64,000 bases of DNA. It comes from Azolla caroliniana. Taxonomy: Eukaryota > Plantae > Polypodiophyta. The position numbers and the translations under genes were made by a program. The notes below the pieces were generated by a model. That model did not search any database. It saw only the letters and a list, made by a program, of their open reading frames with translations, and was not told where the DNA came from. Within the stretch, counting starts at the first letter, position 1. Each line of letters opens with the position of its first letter. The DNA lies in contig JBHGNT010000008.1 of the NCBI GenBank assembly GCA_043228905.1, positions 186,001 to 250,000 of the forward strand. Reading direction: 5' to 3'. This document shows, piece after piece, positions 29,801-36,639 of this stretch.

Positions 29801-31679
29801 TTTTAATTTGCTCTCGGGCTCTTCTCAACTCCCTCCTCTAATCTGGTAATTTCTTCATATCTCTCGACGTGAGTTTCCAAAGCTTGATTTTCTAATGCCA
29901 TATCATAGCTAGCATTGTTAGCTTCGATTCACATGTTTGAACACTCAAATCCGATATCACATGGGCCAGGTATGAACATTTTAATTTACTCTCGGGCTCT
30001 TCTCAACTCCCTCCTCAAATTTGGTTATTTCTTCATGTCTCTTGACGTGAGTTTCAAAAGCTTGATTTTTGAATTCCATATCATAGGTAGCTTTGCTAGC
30101 TTCGATTCGCAAGTTTGAACACTAAAATCCGATATCACATGGGCCAGGTATGAACATTTTAATTTACTCTCGGGCTCTTCTCTACTCCCTCCTCTAATTT
30201 TGGAATTTCTTCATGTCTCTCGACCTGAGTTTCAAAATCTTGATTTTTGATTTCCATAACATAGCTCGCATTGTTAGCTTCGATTCGCATATTTGAACAC
30301 TAAAATCCGATATCACATGGGCCAGGTATGAACATTTTAATTTACTCTCGGCCTCTTCTCAACTCCCTCCTCTAATTTGGTAATTTCTTCATATCTCTCG
30401 ACCTGAGTTTCCAAAGATTGATTTTCTAATGCCATATCATAGCTAGCCTTGTTATCTTCGATTCGCATGTTTGAACACTCAAATCCGATATCACATGGGC
30501 CAGGTATGAACATTTTAATTTACTCTCGGGCTCTTCTCAACTCCCTCCTCAAATTTGGTTATTTCTTCCTGTCTCTTGACGTGAGTTTCAAAAGCTTGAT
30601 TTTTGAATTCCATATCATAGCTAGCATTGTTAGCTTCGATTCCCATGTTTGAACACTAAAATCCGATATCACATGGGCCAGGTATGAACATTTTAATTTA
30701 CTCTCGGGCTCTTCTCAATCCCTCTTCTAATTTGGTAATATCTTCATGTCTCTCGACCTGAGTTTCAAAATCTTGATTTTTTAATTCCATATCATAGCTA
30801 GCATTGTTAGCTTCGATTCGCATGTTTGAACACAAAAATCCGATATCACATGGGCCAGGTATGAACATTTTAATTTACTCATGCGCTCTTCTCAATCCCT
30901 CCTTTAATTTGGTAATTTCTTCATGTCTCTCGACATGAGTTTCAAAATCTTGATTTTTTAATTCGATATCATAGCTACCGTTGTTAGCTTCGATTCGCAT
31001 GTTTGAACACTAAAATCCGATATCACATGGGCCAGGTATGAACATTTTAATTTACTCTCGGGCTCTTCTCAACTCCCTCCTCAAATTTGGTAATTTCTTC
31101 ATGTCTCTCAACGTGAGTTTCAAAATCCTTATTTTTTACTTCCATATGATAGCTAACATTGTAAGCTTCGATTCAAATGTTTGAACACTAAAATCCGATA
31201 TCAGATGGGACAGGGATGAACATTTTAATTTACTCTCGGGCTCTTCTCAACTCCCTCCTCAAATTTGGTAATTTCTTCATGTCTCTCGACCTGAGTTTCA
31301 AAAGCTTCATTTTTTAATTCCATATCATAGGTAGCATTGTCAGCTTCGATTCGCATGTTTGAACACAAAAATCCGATATCACATGGCCTAGGTATGAAGA
31401 TTTTAATTTACTCTCGGGCTCTTCTCAACTTTCCTCCTTTAATTTGGTAATTTCTTCATATCTCTCGACCTGAGTTTCCAAAGCTTGATTTTCTAATGCC
31501 ATATCATAGCTAGCATTGTTAGCTTCGATTCGCATGTTTGAATACTCAAATCCGATATCACATGGGCCAGGTATGAACATTTTAATTTACTCTCGGGCTC
31601 TTCCTAACTCCCTCCTCAAATTTGGTTATTTCTTCATGTCTCTTGACCTGAGTTTCAAAAGCTTGATTTTTTATATTAA

Positions 31680-32045
31680 TAGACTATATAATGTCTTATA
31701 CGAGGAGTGCGGGCACGATACTTCTTTGGCTGTGATTAGTGTTATTTGGTTAACTATTTGAGGATTTAGGGTTTGGGTTTGAAGGTTTCAGGTATATGGG
31801 CTAACTGAGGTTTTTGGGTTAAATATCTTAAGGGTTTAGGGTTTTGTTCGGAGGGTTTAGGGCATATGGGTAAAATATCTGAGGGTTTAGGGTTTGGTAG
31901 ACTATATGATGTATTGCACGAGGAAAGCGGGCACGATACTTATTTAGGCTACGACTAGTGTTATTAGGTTAACTATTCTTAGGGTTTATGGGTTTGTTCT
32001 GAGGGTTTAGGGTATATGGGTTAAAATATTCTGAGGGTTTAGGGT
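31680..32045. repeat. Diverged direct duplication at the element's 3' end (unit starts 31680 and 31898, offset 218 bp)
   Basis: TAGACTATATAATGTCTTATACGAGGAGTGCGGGCACGATACTTCTTTGGCT...GGTTAACTATT aligns with TAGACTATATGATGTATTGCACGAGGAAAGCGGGCACGATACTTATTTAGGCT...GGTTAACTATT. Each is followed by GAGGGTTTAGGG-ATATGGG-AAAATAT-CTGAGGGTTTAGGG subunits. Confidence 0.88.
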
Positions 32046-32181
32046 AGTGTGTGCAAAAGTAAAGGTATTAAGGATTGGTAGGTTTAGGGTTTTAGTGGTA
32101 AGGGGAGATATGTTTGGAGAGGTATGATGATGAGGGTATGGGTTGGCGGGGATATAATGTGTTAGGGTTATTAGTTTAGGG
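31765..32181 (+). repeat. Cluster of interspersed plant-type telomere motifs (TTTAGGG on +; CCCTAAA on the element's sense strand)
   Basis: Exact TTTAGGG at 31765, 31835, 31856, 31886, 32006, 32038, 32083 and 32175. Five of these sit in the longer form AGGGTTTAGGG (31831, 31852, 31882, 32002, 32034). Confidence 0.85.
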
Positions 32182-32346
32182 TTGCGGGTATTGGGTAGGT
32201 TAAAGATTAAGGGAAAGAGGGGGGAGTGCCACGTTTTACTTAGTGGGAATGAAATAGCATATATATTATTGAAAGCACAACTAACCACAACATAAAAACA
32301 ATAGACACTTGAGAAGAAAATATATATTGATCAAATATATATTAAT

Positions 32347-32405
32347 ATGACCTATGTAGCAAACTAGTTTCGCTCATATATGGAGCTCATCAGTGCTTAG
32401 GTCAT
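32347..32405 (-). ncRNA. Minimal type I hammerhead ribozyme (PLE-associated)
   Basis: The minus strand reads AUGACCUA-AGCA-CUGAUGA-GCUC-CAUAUAU-GAGC-GAAAC-UA-GUU^UGCU-ACA-UAGGUCAU. It has an intact CUGAUGA/GAAA core, stem II GCUC/GAGC, stem I of 4 bp + 3-nt bulge + 8 bp, and a palindromic stem III (AAACUAGUUU). Predicted cleavage is after GUU, between 32362 and 32361. Confidence 0.93.
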
Positions 32406-32747
32406 TTTCGAGTACAAAGGTAAGTTTATATAGGTTTGTGGTAAGGGGGGTGTAAGATGAGTGGTGGACAAGAGTGATAAATGTGAAAAGAAGTGAGGAG
32501 TATGGGAGGGAGTGGTGTAACACGGTGATAAGGGGGCAAGATATGATTTTGTAAAGGGAGGGGGTGGGTATCATGAGTTTGATAGAGATAAGTGGGTAAC
32601 TAGAGGGTATAATAATGGTGATAAGTGGGTGACCGGAGGGTATGATAAGTGAGGGGAGGGGTGTGTATATGTGTGTGATGGTGGCTAGTACGAGGTAAAG
32701 ATGTGGGTGAAAAACTAGGGGAATACGAATTTAATAGTTATGGGGAA

Positions 32748-33122
32748 TGAGGAGAGAGAGAGAGAGAGATAGAGAGAGAAATTTAACTAATGAGAAGAGA
32801 GTGTGAATAAAGGTGAGAAAAAGAGAGAGGGAGAGAGAGAGAGAGAGAAAAGAAAAAAAAAGGAAAGAAAGAAAGAAGAGAGACATAGAGAAAAGAAAAG
32901 GTAGAGAGGGAGAAAAAAGGAAAAGAAAAAAGAGGTGAGTTTTAGAGTGTAGAGAGGGAGAAAAGTAAAGGTAGAGAGAGAGGAAAAAGAAATGATTTAG
33001 AGAGGGAGAAAGGTAAAGGTAGAGAGAGAAAGAGAAGGGGAGGGAAGGAGGAGATAGAGATAGAGAAAGGGAAAGTTAAGAGAGAAGAAATGTGAAGGTA
33101 GAGAGGGAGAAGATAGGGGGAG
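32748..33122 (+). repeat. Polypurine/(GA)n low-complexity tract (polypyrimidine in the element's 3' UTR)
   Basis: About 370 bp almost entirely G/A on the + strand, with (GA)n and (GAAA)n runs and a recurring GTAGAGAG(A/G)GAG module. Confidence 0.9.
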
Positions 33123-33192
33123 ATCCTCACGTGGTAAATATAGGGAGATAAAACTTGTGGTTTAAAAATAAATATAAAAATATGGAGAGGAG

Positions 33193-34326
33193 TTAGTGTG
33201 GATCTATAGTAATGTTTTTTGTGTTGACTAGTGAAGAGTGTAGATTTTTAGATTTAGTCCAACAAATTATTGGTTTGGGGATGTGTTGTAGTAGAGGGTC
33301 TTCTTGGAGGTTTAAGTGTAGGCTAGTAAGGGTTTCTTTTATTCCTAGATTAGGGGCTTGGTGTGTGAATTTTAGTTTAAAGATTATGGGTGTGGGGGTT
33401 TGGTTAATGGTTTTGTTTGAGAGGAGAGTTGGTCTAAGGGAATAGGGGTGTTTTTTGAATATATTGAGGATAAACTGTGTAGGGTATCCTCGTGCTCGTA
33501 GTCTCTTAAAAAATAGTTGTTGCATTTTTAAATAACCTTGGGCTGTACTTTCTCTAATAATGTATCTTTTAAGTTCGTTCGAGAGGAAGCTTTTTTTGAC
33601 GTGGATAGGATGTGTCGAGGTGAAGGGTATGTATTGGTAAGTATTAAGTTCTTTTTGAAAACAATTAAAGTTGAAATTATTATTAGCGAGGTTTATCCAA
33701 AGGTCGAGAAAAGGAAGTTTAGTGAGAGAGGTTTGGATGGTCAGTTTAATGGAGTTTTGAGTGGTAATACTATAGAAATTTAGGTAGTCTAAGAGTTGTG
33801 TTTTCGTACCGGTCCATACACCAAAGGCATCGTCAATATATCTCGTGAAATAAAATAAATGGGGAGATGGGTTGGAATTCTCGAGGTATGACAAAAGAAG
33901 GCAAGCATATACTACGGAAAAATTGCTTCCCATGGCTGTGCCTTTAATTTGTTGATAGATTTGGTTATTAAATTTAAGGAAGTGATATTCTAAGGTTAAG
34001 GCGCTGAGAGTATAGATGAGGTTGGCTTTTTGTTTTGAGAAATGGGGGGTAATTAGGTGTTTTAGGGCTAGTAGTCCTAGTTTTGGTGGAATACTCGGGT
34101 AGAGGGATTCTACGTCAAATGAAAAGATGAAGCTATTGGGTGGTGTCGTGAGGTTTTCTAGGGATTGTACTAAGGAGAATGAGTCTCTAAGGTATTGTTT
34201 TTGTTGTAGGAGTATGGGGAGGAGTTGGTGGTGTAGCCACTTAGAAGTTTGTTCAAATAACGAACCGTTGTAAGAACAAATAGGCCTATAGCCAATGGGT
34301 TCTTTGTGTACTTTGGGTAGGAAGTA
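33193..34326 (-). CDS. PLE reverse transcriptase (RT core + thumb), N-terminally truncated, 377 open codons
   Basis: Manual translation upstream of the track ORF (33193..33933) stays open to the satellite junction: YFLPKVHKEPIGYRPICSY (motifs 1/2), FSFDVESLYPSIP (motif A), YQQIKGTAMGSNFS (motif B'), RYIDD (motif C), LPFLDL (motif E), YQYIPFTSTHP and LRARGYP (PLE thumb), then SKNLHSSLV...DPH-stop. The track's Met is internal to motif B' (GTAMG), so it is not a real start. Confidence 0.93.
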   Translation of the reverse strand, partial: YFLPKVHKEPIGYRPICSYNGSLFEQTSKWLHHQLLPILLQQKQYLRDSFSLVQSLENLTTPPNSFIFSFDVESLYPSIPPKLGLLALKHLITPHFSKQKANLIYTLSALTLEYHFLKFNNQIYQQIKGTAMGSNFSVVYACLLLSYLENSNPSPHLFYFTRYIDDAFGVWTGTKTQLLDYLNFYSITTQNSIKLTIQTSLTKLPFLDLWINLANNNFNFNCFQKELNTYQYIPFTSTHPIHVKKSFLSNELKRYIIRESTAQGYLKMQQLFFKRLRARGYPTQFILNIFKKHPYSLRPTLLSNKTINQTPTPIIFKLKFTHQAPNLGIKETLTSLHLNLQEDPLLQHIPKPIICWTKSKNLHSSLVNTKNITIDPH

Positions 34327-36639
34327 TCATAGGTAGCTGTGCTAGCTTCGATTCGCAAGTTTGAACACTAAAATCCGATATCACATGGGCCAGGTATGAA
34401 CATTTTAATTTACTCTCGGGCTCTTCTCTACTCCCTCCTCTAATTTTGGAATTTCTTCATGTCTCTTGACCTGACTTTCAAAATCTTGATTTTTTAATTC
34501 CATAACATAGCTCGCATTGTTAGCTTCGATTCGCAAGTTTGAACACTAAAATCCGATATCACATGGGCCAGGTATGAACATTTTAATTTACTCTCGGGCT
34601 CTTCTCTACTCCCTCCTCTAATTTCGGAATTTCTTCATGTCTCTCGACCTGAGTTTCAAAATCTTGATTTTTGATTTCCATAACATAGCTCGCATTGTTA
34701 GCTTCGATTCGCATATTTGAACACTAAAATCCGATATCACATGGGCCAGGTATGAACATTTTAATTTACTCTGAACCTCTTCTCTACTCCCTCCTCTAAT
34801 TTGGTAATTTCTTCATGTCTCGCGACCTGAGTTTCAAAACATTGATTTTTTAATTCCATATCATAGCTAGCATTGTTAGCTTCGATTCCCATGTTTGAAC
34901 ACTAAATTCCGATATCACATGGGCCAGGTATGAACATTTTAATTTACTCTCGCGCTCTTCTCAATCCCTCCTCTAATTTGGTAATTTCTTCATGTCTCTC
35001 GACCTAAGTTTCAAAATCTTGATTTTTTAATTCCATATCATAGCAAGCATTGTTAGCTTCGATTCGCCTGTTTGAACACTAAAATCCGATATTCAATGGG
35101 CCAGTTATGAACATTTTAATTTACTCTCGGCCTCTTCTCTACTCCTTCCTCTAAATGGGTAATTTCTTCATGTCTTTCGACATGAGTTTCAAAAGATTGA
35201 TTTTTTAAGTCCATATCATAGGTAGCATTGTTAGCTTCGATTCGCATGTTTGAACACTAAAATCCTATATCACATGGGCCAGGTATGAACATTTTAATTT
35301 ACTCTCGGGCTCTTCTCAACTCCCTCCTCTAATTTGGTAATTTCTTCATATCTCTCGACCTGAGTTTCCAAAGCTTGATTTTCTAATGCCATATCATAGC
35401 TAGCATTGTTAGCTTCGATTCGCATGTTTGAACACTCAAGTCCGATATCACATGGGCCAGGTATGAACATTTTAATTTACTCTCGGGCTCTTCTCAACTC
35501 CCTCCTCAAATTTGGTTATTTCTTCATGTCTCTTGACGTGAGTTTCAAAAGCTTGATTTTTTAATTCCATATCATAGGTAGCATTGTTAGCTTCGATTCG
35601 CATGTTTGAACACAAAAATCCGATATCACATGGGCCAGGGCTGAACATTTTAATTTACTCTCGGGCTCGTCTCAACTCCCTCCTCAAATTTGGTAATTTC
35701 TTCATGTCTCTCGACCTGAGTTTCAAAAGCTTCATTTTTTAATTCCATATCATAGGTAGCATTGTTAGCTTCAATTAGCATGTTTGAACACAAAAATCCG
35801 ATATCACATGGGCCAGGTATGAACATTTTAATTTACTCTCAGGCTCTTCTCTACTCCCTCCTCTAATTTTGGAATTTCTTCATGTCTCTCGACCTGAGTT
35901 TCAAAATCTTGATTTTCTAATGCCATATCATAGCTAGCCTTGTTAGCTTCGATTCGCATATTTGAACACTAAAATCCGATATCACATGGGCCAGGTATGA
36001 ACATTTTAATTTACTCTAGGCCTCTTCTCTACTCCCTCCTCTAATTTGGTAATTTCTTCATGTCTCTCGACCTGAGTTTCAAAACATTGATTTTTTAATT
36101 CCATATCATAGCTAGCATTGTTAGCTTCGATTCCCATGTTTGAACACTAAATTCCGATATCACATGGGCTAGGTATGAACATTTTAATTTACTCTCGGGC
36201 TCTTCTCAATCCCTCCTCTAATTTGGTAATTTCTTCATGTCTCTCGACCTGAGTTTCAAAATCTTGATTTTTTAATTCCATATCATAGGTAGCATTGTTA
36301 GATTCGATTCGCCTGTTTGAACACTAAAGTCCGATATTCAATGGGCCAGTTATGAACATTTTAATTTACTCTCGGGCTCTTCTCAATCCCTCCTCTAATT
36401 TGGTAATTTCTTCATGTCTCTCGACCTGAGTTTCAAAATCTTGATTTTTTAATTCCATATCATAGCTAGCATTGTTAGATTCGATTCGCCTGTTTGAACA
36501 CTAAAATCCGATATTCAATGGGCCAGTTATGAACATTTTAATTTACTCTTGGCTTCTTCTCTACTCCTTCCTCTAATTTGGTAATTTCTTCATGTCTTTC
36601 GACATGAGTTTCAAAAGATTTATTTTTTAAGTCCATATC

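Larger units (their letters stand above)
1..31672. repeat. ~178-bp tandem satellite array, left arm (~178 monomers), candidate centromeric/pericentromeric satellite
   Basis: The monomer GCTTCGATTCGCATGTTTGAACACTAAAATCCGATATCACATGGGCCAGGTATGAACATTTTAATTTACTCTCGGGCTCTTCTC...TTCCATATCATAGCTAGCATTGTTA recurs every 177-179 bp (starts at 1, 179, 357...). All copies I read are in one orientation. The centromeric role is inferred only from nucleosome-sized monomers and HOR structure. Confidence 0.98.
31673..34324 (-). mobile_element. 5'-truncated Penelope-like retroelement (PLE) without C-terminal GIY-YIG endonuclease
   Basis: This is the only non-satellite block. It has PLE-type RT motifs, a sense-strand hammerhead ribozyme, telomere-like motifs near the 3' end, no LTRs and no TSD. 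Boundaries are uncertain by about 2 bp because of microhomology with the satellite. Confidence 0.93.

Noticed and set aside
31765-32181. True telomere, or interstitial telomere from a chromosome fusion
   Set aside because: There is no run of more than ~2 perfect repeats and no inverted head-to-head tract. The motifs sit inside the element's duplicated module.
32587-32652. 33-bp imperfect tandem duplication (GATAAGTGGGT...GAGGGTAT)
   Set aside because: It is real but most simply a slippage duplication in the UTR, with no evidence of function.
32930-32942. AG/GTGAGT splice-donor-like site on the + strand
   Set aside because: It is antisense to the element, has no supporting exon or acceptor, and is expected by chance in purine-rich DNA.
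32007-33130. Minus-strand ORFs 32007..32288, 32374..32574 and 32942..33130 as a downstream endonuclease or ORF2
   Set aside because: They are low-complexity L/P/T/S-rich translations of skewed DNA with no GIY-YIG motif; one overlaps the ribozyme.
33193-34326. LINE, LTR, group II intron, retron or TERT identity for the RT
   Set aside because: The LPKVHK...RPI, GTAMGS, PFLDL and S-x-HP thumb motifs plus a hammerhead are PLE hallmarks. No RNase H, integrase, LTRs or TERT-specific motifs are seen.
33212-34358. ORFs 33212..33445 (+), 33538..33783 (+) and 34170..34358 (-)
   Set aside because: They are antisense or alternate-frame shadows of the RT. The last begins inside the satellite.
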